From Candidatus Calditenuaceae archaeon (GTDB lineage Archaea; Thermoproteota; Nitrososphaeria_A; Caldarchaeales; Calditenuaceae): DNA of 25,729 nt. The stretch spans positions 1 to 25,729 of the forward strand of contig JANXEE010000024.1 in assembly GCA_025058225.1 (NCBI GenBank), given 5' to 3'. The notes below the pieces were generated by a model. The model was not told where the DNA came from. It did not search any database and saw only the letters and a program-made list of their open reading frames with translations. Positions within the stretch are counted from its first letter, which is position 1; each line of letters opens with the position of its first letter. A program made the translations under genes and the position numbers. Positions 15,811 to 24,280 of this stretch are shown one piece after another.

Positions 15811-16269
15811 TCACGCTGTGGTGCAGGACAATGTTGCAGTTGTCGGTGCCCATGGGGCGTTTCCAGTTCCCAGAGTGGCCAGCACCGCAGTCGGGTAGGA
15901 CTTGCCGCCTGCGCTGTAGAACGCAAGCTCAACCGTAACTCCGGGAGGTGGGGACGCTACGTCTACGTCACACTGCACTGTCTGACCTACAGCCACCGCA
16001 ACCGGGGTTGTCAGAGTGCCTATGGCCCTTCCCTGCACGACGACCTGAATTATCGAGGTGTCTGCGGATCCGGTGTTCCTCAACCTCACCCTGAACGTGT
16101 TATCGTCGATCATAACCGCCGAGACGATCTCCAGCTTCTCGAACCTCGTGAAGACCCCGACCAGACCCGACGCCCAGAACGCCACCGCGATCGCGATCAC
16201 GATCGCTACCGCAACCAGTATGACCGTCGCGACTACGGGGCTTATCGCCTTCTTTCCCCGCGTTCTCAT
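15811..16269 (-). CDS. archaeal type IV pilin-like protein (class III signal peptide)
   Basis: N-terminus MRTRGKKA|ISPVVATVILVAVAIVIAIAVAFWASG is a typical archaeal pilin N-terminal domain: basic leader, Ala at -1, then ISPV plus a hydrophobic helix. A beta-rich C-terminal domain follows. The TATA-like ATAAATATT at 16298-16306 lies upstream. Confidence 0.75.
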   Translation of the reverse strand: MRTRGKKAISPVVATVILVAVAIVIAIAVAFWASGLVGVFTRFEKLEIVSAVMIDDNTFRVRLRNTGSADTSIIQVVVQGRAIGTLTTPVAVAVGQTVQCDVDVASPPPGVTVELAFYSAGGKSYPTAVLATLGTGNAPWAPTTATLSCTTA

Positions 16270-16428
16270 TTCACCCTGTTTGAGCTCTATCCAGAAGATA
16301 AATATTCACACGTATGAGTCTGATGAACCGAGAGAACTAACTGACTAACGAAGTGAACCCAAAAGGCACTAACTAATATTAATAGATATGCGGTATTTTG
16401 CCGGTCAGACACGACAGTGATTAACAGT

Positions 16429-16860
16429 TTAGACACAGTTAACGGACTCGACACCGATCACGAACGGCCCCGAGAAGTCACCATAATTGGCCATAAACGC
16501 AGCGGGAAACCTCTTCCCAGTGGAGGTGATCACCACCAGCTCGATCGAGGCACCGACCGGTAGGTTTCCGCTGAGGCGCACGGTGCAGGTCTTCACCGCT
16601 CCGGCACCCACCTCGACACCGACAGGCAGCCGATGGTACACTCTGCCCATCAGCTCGATCGCCGAGATCGAGGAGGCCGCCACTCCCGGGTTCCTAACGG
16701 TGAACTCGATCGTCCTGCCGTCGACGGTCCTCGCCCCGGTGATTTCCAGCCTCTCGAAGGGCGTGACCTGCGCGACGAACCCCGAGGCCCAGAACGCGAC
16801 CGCTACAGCGGCTACCACCGTGACGGCAATGAGGATCGCCGCCTCGACCGAGACCTCCAT
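16429..16860 (-). CDS. pilin-like paralog with atypically short acidic leader
   Basis: Clear paralog of 15811..16269: AVAVAFWASGFV..FERLEI..FTVRNPG versus AIAVAFWASGLV..FEKLEI..VRLRNTG. The N-terminus is MEVSVEAAILIAVTVVAAV. The upstream in-frame stretch to the stop at 16939-16941 has no ATG, GTG or TTG, so ATG 16860 is the start. Confidence 0.65.
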   Translation of the reverse strand: MEVSVEAAILIAVTVVAAVAVAFWASGFVAQVTPFERLEITGARTVDGRTIEFTVRNPGVAASSISAIELMGRVYHRLPVGVEVGAGAVKTCTVRLSGNLPVGASIELVVITSTGKRFPAAFMANYGDFSGPFVIGVESVNCV

Positions 16861-16884
16861 CCAGCACAGTGAACGAACGTCCAG

Positions 16885-16891
16885 TATATTT
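16885..16891 (-). promoter_or_regulatory. TATA box (AAATATA on minus strand) for the leaderless pilin paralog
   Basis: Its centre is about 28 nt upstream of ATG 16860. It is flanked by the CCAG/CTGG inverted repeat (16881-16895). Confidence 0.5.
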
Positions 16892-16967
16892 CTGGAGCGC
16901 TCTTGTCCGCCCGCTCGACACGTGGACCCGAAAAGCTTTTACCGAGTCTAGACGTAGATGAAACAGC

Positions 16968-18746
16968 ATGGGATTCTCCGACTCCTTCGCGTCCTTCTCC
17001 TTCGCCTACTTCAGGACCTTAGGCAGTAAGATCGTCCTCCGCTTGGCTCCAGGCATACCGGATAAGCTCGACTCCACCGGGAAGCGCCTCCACCCGGAGG
17101 TCTTCGCGTCGATGGTGATGGGGGCCTTCTTCATCTCGCTCGCGGTCACCGGGGCCGCTATGGCCGCTGTATACCTGGTCACGCTGAACCCGCTCTACGT
17201 TGTCCTTCTCGTGCCCATACCGGTGCTGGTGCTGCTCTTCGGCATAGCCTATCCGTACCTCTCCGCCGCCAACACCTCGTCCATGTACGAGAGCGAGGTC
17301 CCCTACGCAGCCGCATATCTGGCAGTCATGTCCACGGGCGGCATACCGCCGTTCAAGAGCCTCGAGCGCCTCGCCGAGACCGATCTCCTCCCGAGCATCG
17401 CCAAATCGGCACAGGTGGCCCAGATACACGTCAAGATCGCAGGCGAGGACCCCGTCACGGCAATTGAGAAGATGGCCAAGGGCATACCGTCGAAGGAGTA
17501 CAGGGACCTGCTGCTGGGATACGCGTCCACGCTCAGGAGCGGCGGCGACGTCGTCCACTACCTGATCCGGAAGACCGAGCAGATCTTCACTGGCAGGATG
17601 GGGACGATGAGGATCGTCGGCGAGAGGATGGGCATGCTGATGGAGGGGTTCGCCGCGATCACGATGATGCTCTCGCTGGTCCTCTTCACGATCTACATCA
17701 TCTCGAGGGCCCTTCCGTCGGAGTTCATGGTGATGCCCCAGGAGCAGTTCGTGATCATAGCCTACGTGATCCTGCCCACCCTCTCGATCGTCTTCGTCTA
17801 CATCGCCGACATCAGCCAGCCCAAATACCCCCAGACCGACCCGCGGCCAATGAAGGTCTTCTACCTCACGATACCGGCTGGACTGGCGTTCCTGGTCCTC
17901 TTCGTCTTCCCCTTCTTCTTAGCCGAGCTGAGGACGATACAGCCCTTCAACTTCACCTCCTCCCTCATGGTCGGGTTAAGGTCCGCGATGGGCCTCGAAC
18001 CCGGCTACGAGTCGTCTCTTGCGCTCTGCCTCACCTTCATCGTCCTCTTCCTGCCGGGCGCGGTGGCCTTCAGGACCTACAGCTCCGAGAACTTCTCCGT
18101 CATCCACGGGATGACCCTCTTCCTCAGAGACCTCACGGAGGTCAGGAAGACCGGACTGAGCCCGGAGCAGTGCATAATCGACCTCTCCCGGAACTCCTAC
18201 GGTGCCTTCTCTAAGAGGCTGAAGGAGATCGCGAGACAGATAAGCTGGGGAATACCGCTGAAGAAGATCTATCAGGACTTCACCAAGCGGACCTACGGCT
18301 GGCTGGAGAAGGCCGGCATGTTCATCCTGATCGACGCGATCGACGTCGGCGGTGGCGCTCCCGAGACCCTCGAGGTCCTCACGAGCTTCTCCGAGGATCT
18401 GGAGGAGATAGAGAGGCAGAAGCGCGCAACGCTCAGACCGCTCATGATGATACCGTACCTGACGGCCATTCTACTGGTAGTGGTCGTGGTCATACTGATA
18501 GTCTTCATGAGGGAGCTCCTGAAGGTCGCCAGAATGCCCATCTCGACCGCCGAGTTCATCGGTTCCTTCCTCCCGCCGGTGATCTTCATCGCCGCGATCA
18601 GCGGGCTCGTCGCCGGTAAGATCTCCACCTCGAGAATCGCAGGGGGCTTCATGCACGCCACCATACTGTCGGTCGTCTCGCTGTTGGCGATCTGGATATC
18701 CGGAGTGATGGCCGTACAGTTGTTCCAGCTGCCCTCCGTGGGTTGA
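16968..18746 (+). CDS. type IV pilus/archaellum platform membrane protein (FlaJ/TadC/PilC-like, two T2SS-F domains)
   Basis: 592 aa and polytopic. It has two cytoplasmic T2SSF-like modules: ...GEDPVTAIEKMAKGIPSKEYRDLLLGYASTLRSGGDVVHYL... and ...GIPLKKIYQDFTKRTYGWLEKAGMFILIDAIDVGGGAPETL.... It is divergent from the pilin genes. Confidence 0.8.
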   Translation: MGFSDSFASFSFAYFRTLGSKIVLRLAPGIPDKLDSTGKRLHPEVFASMVMGAFFISLAVTGAAMAAVYLVTLNPLYVVLLVPIPVLVLLFGIAYPYLSAANTSSMYESEVPYAAAYLAVMSTGGIPPFKSLERLAETDLLPSIAKSAQVAQIHVKIAGEDPVTAIEKMAKGIPSKEYRDLLLGYASTLRSGGDVVHYLIRKTEQIFTGRMGTMRIVGERMGMLMEGFAAITMMLSLVLFTIYIISRALPSEFMVMPQEQFVIIAYVILPTLSIVFVYIADISQPKYPQTDPRPMKVFYLTIPAGLAFLVLFVFPFFLAELRTIQPFNFTSSLMVGLRSAMGLEPGYESSLALCLTFIVLFLPGAVAFRTYSSENFSVIHGMTLFLRDLTEVRKTGLSPEQCIIDLSRNSYGAFSKRLKEIARQISWGIPLKKIYQDFTKRTYGWLEKAGMFILIDAIDVGGGAPETLEVLTSFSEDLEEIERQKRATLRPLMMIPYLTAILLVVVVVILIVFMRELLKVARMPISTAEFIGSFLPPVIFIAAISGLVAGKISTSRIAGGFMHATILSVVSLLAIWISGVMAVQLFQLPSVG

Positions 18747-18751
18747 TTGGA

Positions 18752-20347
18752 TCACTCAGACCTCGAAAGCTCGCTCAAGAGTCCGGAGACCACGGACGTT
18801 AAAACCTGTCTGAGAACGACGTCACTTGGCGATGAAACGTCGATGAGTTTGATGCCGAAGCTCTTGGCGATGGTCTCAACGGTCGACGGCCACTTCGCCA
18901 CTGCCAGCACGTGAACCTCCTTGACCTCCTTCTCCAGCCTGAGCCAGACCGCCTCCGAGAGGACCTCGCCCGCACCCCTGTACGGGGCCCCGTAGGACAG
19001 GAAGGCCGCCACCGGTACGTCGTCTCGCTTAACTAGGAGATCCACGACGTGAGGTGTTCCCATGGAGTCCAGCAGTACGGAAGGCGCCTCTACTCTCAGC
19101 CCAGTCTCCTGCAGGAGACTGTAAAGCATCACCAGCGGCCTCTTCTCCTTCTCGAGGTACTCCTTGTACTCCGGCTTGAGCCTGAAATTGTAAAAGCGCT
19201 GATACCTTCCGTACTGAGGGTCGTAGCGATTCCCACAACTCCTGCATGTAAACTCGGTTCTAGGTATCTCGGAGACCGATCCACACGAGTTACATCTGAA
19301 GAGGGTGGAATAGAGGACGAAGGTTGAGCTCTGCGACTTGCCGACTGCACCCGCCGCGTCAGAAACGGACGATCTGACCTCCTCGCTTCTTATCCTGCAC
19401 TGCGGACACTCATAATAAGCGAGCTTCATGAATGACAGTAAGGGCCCCAGATACCCGCAATTCGTGCACTGAATAACCTCCTGGCGTTCTATGTCCTCGG
19501 ATTTGCAGTACATACAGGCGAGCTCGTAAAACGCATCGATGCTGTAGCACTTGGGACACGACAGCGTCTTGAAAGCGAAATCGCCCTCCAGCACACCTTT
19601 CCTCCAGAGCGAGATCAACAGCTCTAATACCGACCGCGGCTCCAGACCCAGCGACTCCTCTACCTCGCGGTATCTGCCTCCTAACGGTGCTGAGTGATCC
19701 TTCAACGGTTTGAGGGGCTTACCGTGCTCCACTAGCCACTCAACCAGCGTTAGCTCCGTATGAGAGAGGGTGATGACCGTAGGTGGTGCGTCCTGGAACT
19801 CCGGCACCTTAGTGACGATTTGCGGCTGATCGGGAGCCCGGGTAGGTTGAACGGTCGGTCCTGCGGACACCTCTTCGCTCAGTTTCGGCGAGGGGGACTG
19901 GGCCACCGTTTCGGGCGGCGGGACCTGGACGCGCCCCTCTTCACGCTGTTTGGGGACCTCGACAGCCTTCTCAGACTTCTTAGGAGTGCTCGACGCAAGC
20001 ACACGCACTAACGCACCGCCCAGACCTATCGCGGGAAGAGGGACAGAGAACACGACGTGTCTTCCGACAGCGGCCAACCCTTCAGGGGTGATGAGAGCCG
20101 CAACGACAGTTCCAGCGAGCCATCCCAGCAGCACACCGATTACTGAGAGTATGTTCATGGAAAGGCGCCACATGAAGGCCATGACGACACCTAAGATCAC
20201 ACCGCCGAGTATCGAAGGCATGAAAAGGAAGAACTGTGACGTAAAGGAGAAAAACACCAGGGCGATAGACGTTGCAACACATCCCACAATTATGTTGACC
20301 ACAAGAGGTATCAAAGTTCTAAAAACGCCCGCTGATACCTTCCTCAT
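18752..20347 (-). CDS. membrane-anchored wHTH plus triple zinc-ribbon protein with uncharacterised C-terminal alpha/beta domain
   Basis: About 4 N-terminal TM helices, a Pro/Glu/Lys-rich linker and a wHTH-like segment (LTLVEWLVEHGKPL...RSVLELLISLWRKGVLE). Three CxxC...CxxC pairs follow: CPKC/CMYC, CTNC/CPQC and CNSC/CRSC. The C-terminal domain ends ...HVLAVAKWPSTVETIAKSFGIKLIDVS. The track start at 20392 is GTG. ATG 20347 lies about 31 nt downstream of the TATA-like AAAAATATAC, so it is the preferred start. Confidence 0.7.
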   Translation of the reverse strand: MRKVSAGVFRTLIPLVVNIIVGCVATSIALVFFSFTSQFFLFMPSILGGVILGVVMAFMWRLSMNILSVIGVLLGWLAGTVVAALITPEGLAAVGRHVVFSVPLPAIGLGGALVRVLASSTPKKSEKAVEVPKQREEGRVQVPPPETVAQSPSPKLSEEVSAGPTVQPTRAPDQPQIVTKVPEFQDAPPTVITLSHTELTLVEWLVEHGKPLKPLKDHSAPLGGRYREVEESLGLEPRSVLELLISLWRKGVLEGDFAFKTLSCPKCYSIDAFYELACMYCKSEDIERQEVIQCTNCGYLGPLLSFMKLAYYECPQCRIRSEEVRSSVSDAAGAVGKSQSSTFVLYSTLFRCNSCGSVSEIPRTEFTCRSCGNRYDPQYGRYQRFYNFRLKPEYKEYLEKEKRPLVMLYSLLQETGLRVEAPSVLLDSMGTPHVVDLLVKRDDVPVAAFLSYGAPYRGAGEVLSEAVWLRLEKEVKEVHVLAVAKWPSTVETIAKSFGIKLIDVSSPSDVVLRQVLTSVVSGLLSELSRSE

Positions 20348-20373
20348 TTCTCTGCTATGTACTGACAATTCTC

Positions 20374-20383
20374 GTATATTTTT
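20374..20383. promoter_or_regulatory. TATA-like element (GTATATTTTT on plus, AAAAATATAC on minus)
   Basis: About 31 nt upstream of ATG 20347 on the minus strand. Being AT-symmetric, it could also fire rightward into the structured ORF-free region 20405-20565. Confidence 0.4.
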
Positions 20384-20681
20384 GTTTAGCACGTGTCAAC
20401 TAGTGCATTAGTCTAATTTCGGTTCTGCCTCAGAACCTCAACTCCTGATTCCGGTCCAGGCGCCCCTTTAGGCGTCTTATAAGACTCTGGTTAGAGCATC
20501 CTTGGACGAGGTACGGGCCATCTCCCGTACAGGGTGCCCGGACACGTCGGCATCGGTCCGGTTTTAAACTTACAGACGAATTGGCTTATCGACCTCCATT
20601 TTATCACGTCTATTTAAGAATATTCATAAATGACAAATCGAAAGGACGAATTATTGGATCGATGGACACGGGGTAGGCCGG

Positions 20682-21875
20682 GTGTTGAACGCATCGAACC
20701 GCCTCACCGACGTGACGATCTTCATGTCCAGCATCGCGCTATCGACCGCGCTATCGACCGGCTTGCAACCCCTCCTCCCCTATTTCATCAGAGGCCTCGG
20801 TGCTACCGTTGAGCAGGTCGGTCTGGTGCTTGCCCTCTCGAGGGTGATGTACCTCGCACTCTCACCAATAGGCGGGGTTCTAGCAGACTTGTGGGGGAGG
20901 AAGACCGTACTGGTAATATCACCGTTGGTCGCGGGCGTTGCTTATCTTCTATTGGCCGAGTCGACCGACTGGCCCTCATCGATAATCCCGCTGACGCTGA
21001 TCATGCTCCCCGTAGCGCTCACGGGACCGGCCGTCTTCGCTTACATAGCCGACCTCTCGTCCGCGGAGAAGTACGGTCGATTTTACGGCCTGTACTTCGG
21101 TGTCGTCAACGCGGCCACCGTCGTGGGGTACCTGATTGCCGGACCACTCGTCGAGGTCAGCGGTTATAAGGCCGTCTTTCAAGTCACCGCACTGACGCTC
21201 CTCTTAAGTGCGGCCCTGCGGATCGCGCTGAAGGAAACCCGTACCCGAAAGGACTACACAACGATGGATCTCAGCCTCCTGCTGAAGAGCTCTGTGAAAG
21301 CGACATCTAAGGGACCGCTGCCAGCTCTCATCACGCTCAGGAGCCTGAACCTTGCGCAGATATGGGTTCTGACCGGAATCGTCATACCGCTCGTCGCCAG
21401 AGACGTGGCTCAACTGAGCGAATCGGACCTGACCATGATGTTCGCGATCGAATCGATCGTCTTCGCGTCCCTCTCCACGCTCGGAGGCAAGTTGGTAGAG
21501 GGTGAGAGGTGGTTCCTGTTCATCTGGTTGGAGATAGTACTGCGCTCGTTGAGCGTGTTGGTCCTCATAACAATAAGCACGTGGTTCGGTGTTTTACTCG
21601 CGCTGCTTCTGGGATCCGGTTTAGCCATCTTTATCCAGCCATTCGTTGACTCCAGAACTTCTGCTATCGTCAACGGGTCCATAAGGGGAGGAGTCTGGGG
21701 GATACAACAATTGCTGTACAATGCGTCTATAATAGTCGCCACTTATGGCGCCAGCCTCGTGTGGGATACGCTCGGCTATCGAATCGCTATATGGTTCACC
21801 ATGCTGCTGGTGATGTTCATGGTCCCGGTATTCTATCAAATCCGTCGCCGGATTACTTTGGCAGATGCGCGGTGA
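20682..21875 (+). CDS. MFS transporter
   Basis: 397 aa with about 12 TM helices. The MFS loop motif is GGVLADLWGRKTVL. The start is GTG at 20682, with an alternative ATG at 20724. TATTTAAG at 20611-20618 lies upstream. Confidence 0.8.
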   Translation: MLNASNRLTDVTIFMSSIALSTALSTGLQPLLPYFIRGLGATVEQVGLVLALSRVMYLALSPIGGVLADLWGRKTVLVISPLVAGVAYLLLAESTDWPSSIIPLTLIMLPVALTGPAVFAYIADLSSAEKYGRFYGLYFGVVNAATVVGYLIAGPLVEVSGYKAVFQVTALTLLLSAALRIALKETRTRKDYTTMDLSLLLKSSVKATSKGPLPALITLRSLNLAQIWVLTGIVIPLVARDVAQLSESDLTMMFAIESIVFASLSTLGGKLVEGERWFLFIWLEIVLRSLSVLVLITISTWFGVLLALLLGSGLAIFIQPFVDSRTSAIVNGSIRGGVWGIQQLLYNASIIVATYGASLVWDTLGYRIAIWFTMLLVMFMVPVFYQIRRRITLADAR

Positions 21876-21981
21876 TCTTTTCCATATTACCGTTCAAAAA
21901 CGCACTGTTGATCACAAAAATGAAAAACTGTTAGGGGACAGGACCGAGAGCTTAATCTTTTGGATATTGGTGTATTATCAG

Positions 21982-22854
21982 ATGGCCTCTGAGGAGATAA
22001 AGTCGAACGTTCTGGCCGCACTGGCTGAGCTTGCCTTCTCGGGCACGACCCTCATCAAGCCCATGTTCGACTCGCAGTCCCCGACCGGAGTATCCTATCC
22101 CGACGCTGATATGGCTTTTAACACTAAGGGCGCCGAGACCGAGGAATTGCTCGATAATCTGCACAGGGCCGGCATACTGAAGAGGACCCTTTTAGATGTC
22201 ATAAGGGCATGTCCGGTATGCGGACACGTCGATGTGGAGGCAAGGGAGGCGTGTCCGAGTTGTAAGTCCCTGAACTTGACGGTTGAGGACCGTAAGGTGG
22301 TCTGCATTAACTGCGGGACAGTATCCCAGTCTCCCGAGTTCCTGTTGCACTGCGGCAAATGCGGAAACCTATTCCCCCAAGAGGCAGCTAGGTTGCGCCC
22401 GCTCTTCGCCTATCTGATCGCCAAGTCGGCGCTTATGGACCAGCGAGGAACCCAGAGGACAAACGTGATAGAAATAACAGGGAAACTAGTGATACACGCC
22501 TCGTTAATGGATGAGATGAGGAGGGTCCTGGAGAGCATGACCGAGCGTATCGAGAAGACCGTCAACAAGCTGATCGAAGCGTCAGGTCAGGTAGAGACAA
22601 TCCCACAGGTGACCACTCCGACCAAAGTTTTCACTAGGACTGGCCTATCACCCGCGTTGAGGAAGACCCTGAACGCACTCTCCCAGGTCGGAAGCGCAAC
22701 GGCCGAAGAGGTCGCATCCCTGACCGGAAGGACGAGACCTCTCGAGAGCGTCTATCTCAACCAGCTGGTCTATATGGGGTACGTTACAAAGGAGCGGAAA
22801 GGACAGAGGATTTACTTCAGGCCCTTGAACCCTGCGATGGTGGAGATGAAATGA
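21982..22854 (+). CDS. double zinc-ribbon plus C-terminal winged-helix DNA-binding protein (paralogous core to 18752..20347)
   Basis: The ATG at 21982 (MASEEIKSNV...) lies about 26 nt downstream of the TATA-like TTAATCTTTT. Zinc ribbons: CPVC/CPSC and CINC/CGKC. The C-terminal wHTH is LRKTLNALSQVGSATAEEVASLTGRTRPLESVYLNQLVYMGYVTKERKGQRIYFRP. The track start at 21865 adds an implausible extension that overlaps the MFS stop. Confidence 0.7.
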   Translation: MASEEIKSNVLAALAELAFSGTTLIKPMFDSQSPTGVSYPDADMAFNTKGAETEELLDNLHRAGILKRTLLDVIRACPVCGHVDVEAREACPSCKSLNLTVEDRKVVCINCGTVSQSPEFLLHCGKCGNLFPQEAARLRPLFAYLIAKSALMDQRGTQRTNVIEITGKLVIHASLMDEMRRVLESMTERIEKTVNKLIEASGQVETIPQVTTPTKVFTRTGLSPALRKTLNALSQVGSATAEEVASLTGRTRPLESVYLNQLVYMGYVTKERKGQRIYFRPLNPAMVEMK

Positions 22855-23041
22855 ACCGAGCACCGTTGAGAACGGATTGGCAACCCGTTTCCGTCCCTCA
22901 CCACGAGGGAGCTGTATGATCTGCCGCGGAGCGAAGCGGCCGACGCCGTATGGAACGCAACAATTAACTGAAACTCGAGGCAGATCGGGAACGCGGGTGT
23001 TTAGATGTCCACTGGGTATACCTTTTTCACGTGACGCGGTG

Positions 23042-24280
23042 ATGGCTAGGACCAGAACATCGATGGGGTTTATCGGTCATCGAACTCGTGTCGCGGTTAA
23101 AAGTCATTTGGGGATCTCGCCAGCCGTTGCGACCGCGATTCTGGCTAGCGTCACCCTTTTCCTAGGTATTTTACTCATCACGCTCAGTACCGGCTGGTTC
23201 AGCGTTAGCGCGACCGATCTGAATTTACAGGCCAACCGCGAGATACAGTTGATCAGGACTTCTGGGTTGCTGGTCTTCGAGAGCGTTAGGTACGCAGCAA
23301 ACCCAGCTAATCGTAGTGCAATAGTCAGGAACGTCTCCGAAGTCGAGTTATGCGTGACCAGAGTTGAGTTGATCCACGAAAACGGCACCTTGGCTGGGGT
23401 ATGGCCTACTCCCCCTGTGAGGTGGGCGAGGTGTGACCCGACTGGACTGAATCCCATAAGGTCCAAACAGAGCCTCGAGCTCAGCGCAACGAGGGGGACC
23501 ATACCGCCTTGCATCGACTGCAGCCCCGGAGATCGAATCAGGCTGAGTGTTTGGTACATCGCGAGATCACTTTACGATCAAAACGACCCTGCGAACTCTG
23601 CGGACGAGATGCGCTTCACTGAGACTGTGATCGTCTTCCCAGGAACGAGGAGAGTCGGAATGTGCACTGCAAATTTGGGTAGCAGGTATGTAGTCCTGAG
23701 CTCCATCGACCCGCTCACGAACTATAACAACGGTCGAATAATGGACAGCCCCAACGACAAGGTTTACTTCGGTTTCTCACATCCGACACCAGCAACAGAC
23801 AACCCCGTGCACTTCGGAGTTAAACTAGTGGGACGCGATAACGTCGTAGTCATAAGTGGTGACCTGAGGATAGATGTGCCATACGAGCAAGCCATCGGTG
23901 GAGCAGCTGGCATATCAACGCCCTTCATGGCAGTCGTCAGCGGTTCCTATCAACCGGTTCCATGGGAGTTTTACTTCGACAGAACCGATGACGGAGTGTT
24001 GCACGTCTCAGACATCCGGCTGATAACACAGTACCGCACCTACCTGAGCGAGTTTCCGATTCTAGCGAGCGTTCAGCTGACACTGGGCAAATTATACGGT
24101 GTGGTCGTGCATGGTTTGATCGTTAAAGTGTATTTAACTGATTGTAATGGCAATCTTCTAACGACCCTGTCCTTCACGATCTCAGCGGGAAGAGAGGAGG
24201 AGTGGATCACCGTGTTCATAGACGTCCCTGAGATAATTGAGGTTACCGAGCTGGCGAGAGTGGAGGTGCGCTTCAGATGA
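23042..24280 (+). CDS. large pilin-like surface protein (class III signal peptide plus ~370-aa extracellular domain)
   Basis: KSHLG|ISPAVATAILASVTLFLGILLITLSTGWF matches the archaeal pilin N-terminal domain. Starts at ATG 23042 (MARTRTSMGF...) or ATG 23063 are both plausible. The track extension from 22877 is Arg-rich and unlikely. The stop overlaps the next start (ATGA). Confidence 0.65.
   Translation: MARTRTSMGFIGHRTRVAVKSHLGISPAVATAILASVTLFLGILLITLSTGWFSVSATDLNLQANREIQLIRTSGLLVFESVRYAANPANRSAIVRNVSEVELCVTRVELIHENGTLAGVWPTPPVRWARCDPTGLNPIRSKQSLELSATRGTIPPCIDCSPGDRIRLSVWYIARSLYDQNDPANSADEMRFTETVIVFPGTRRVGMCTANLGSRYVVLSSIDPLTNYNNGRIMDSPNDKVYFGFSHPTPATDNPVHFGVKLVGRDNVVVISGDLRIDVPYEQAIGGAAGISTPFMAVVSGSYQPVPWEFYFDRTDDGVLHVSDIRLITQYRTYLSEFPILASVQLTLGKLYGVVVHGLIVKVYLTDCNGNLLTTLSFTISAGREEEWITVFIDVPEIIEVTELARVEVRFR

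Noticed and set aside
15808-16317. 169-aa plus-strand ORF over the pilin gene
   Set aside because: It is antisense to 15811..16269, which has a textbook class III signal peptide. The plus product is Arg/Cys/His-rich with no recognisable features.
18818-19141. C-terminal domain of the membrane Zn-ribbon protein as an active PD-(D/E)xK nuclease
   Set aside because: The ending ...VLAVAKWPSTVETIAKSFGIKLIDVS resembles Mrr-type domains, but I could not locate a convincing D...(D/E/Q)xK triad (HVVDLLVKRDDVPVAAFLSYG lacks it). I therefore describe it only as an uncharacterised alpha/beta domain.
20630-20812. 60-aa ORF MTNRKDELLDRW... overlapping the MFS gene start
   Set aside because: It is out of frame with a clear 12-TM MFS gene, and its C-terminal two-thirds is Arg/Pro-rich overlap sequence. 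A very short leader peptide cannot be fully excluded.
22877-23041. N-terminal 55-codon extension of the large pilin-like ORF
   Set aside because: It uses a non-ATG start, is Arg-rich (MATRFRPSPRGSCMICRGAKRP...), and would place the class III signal peptide about 75 residues into the protein. The ATGs at 23042 and 23063 give a normal short basic leader.
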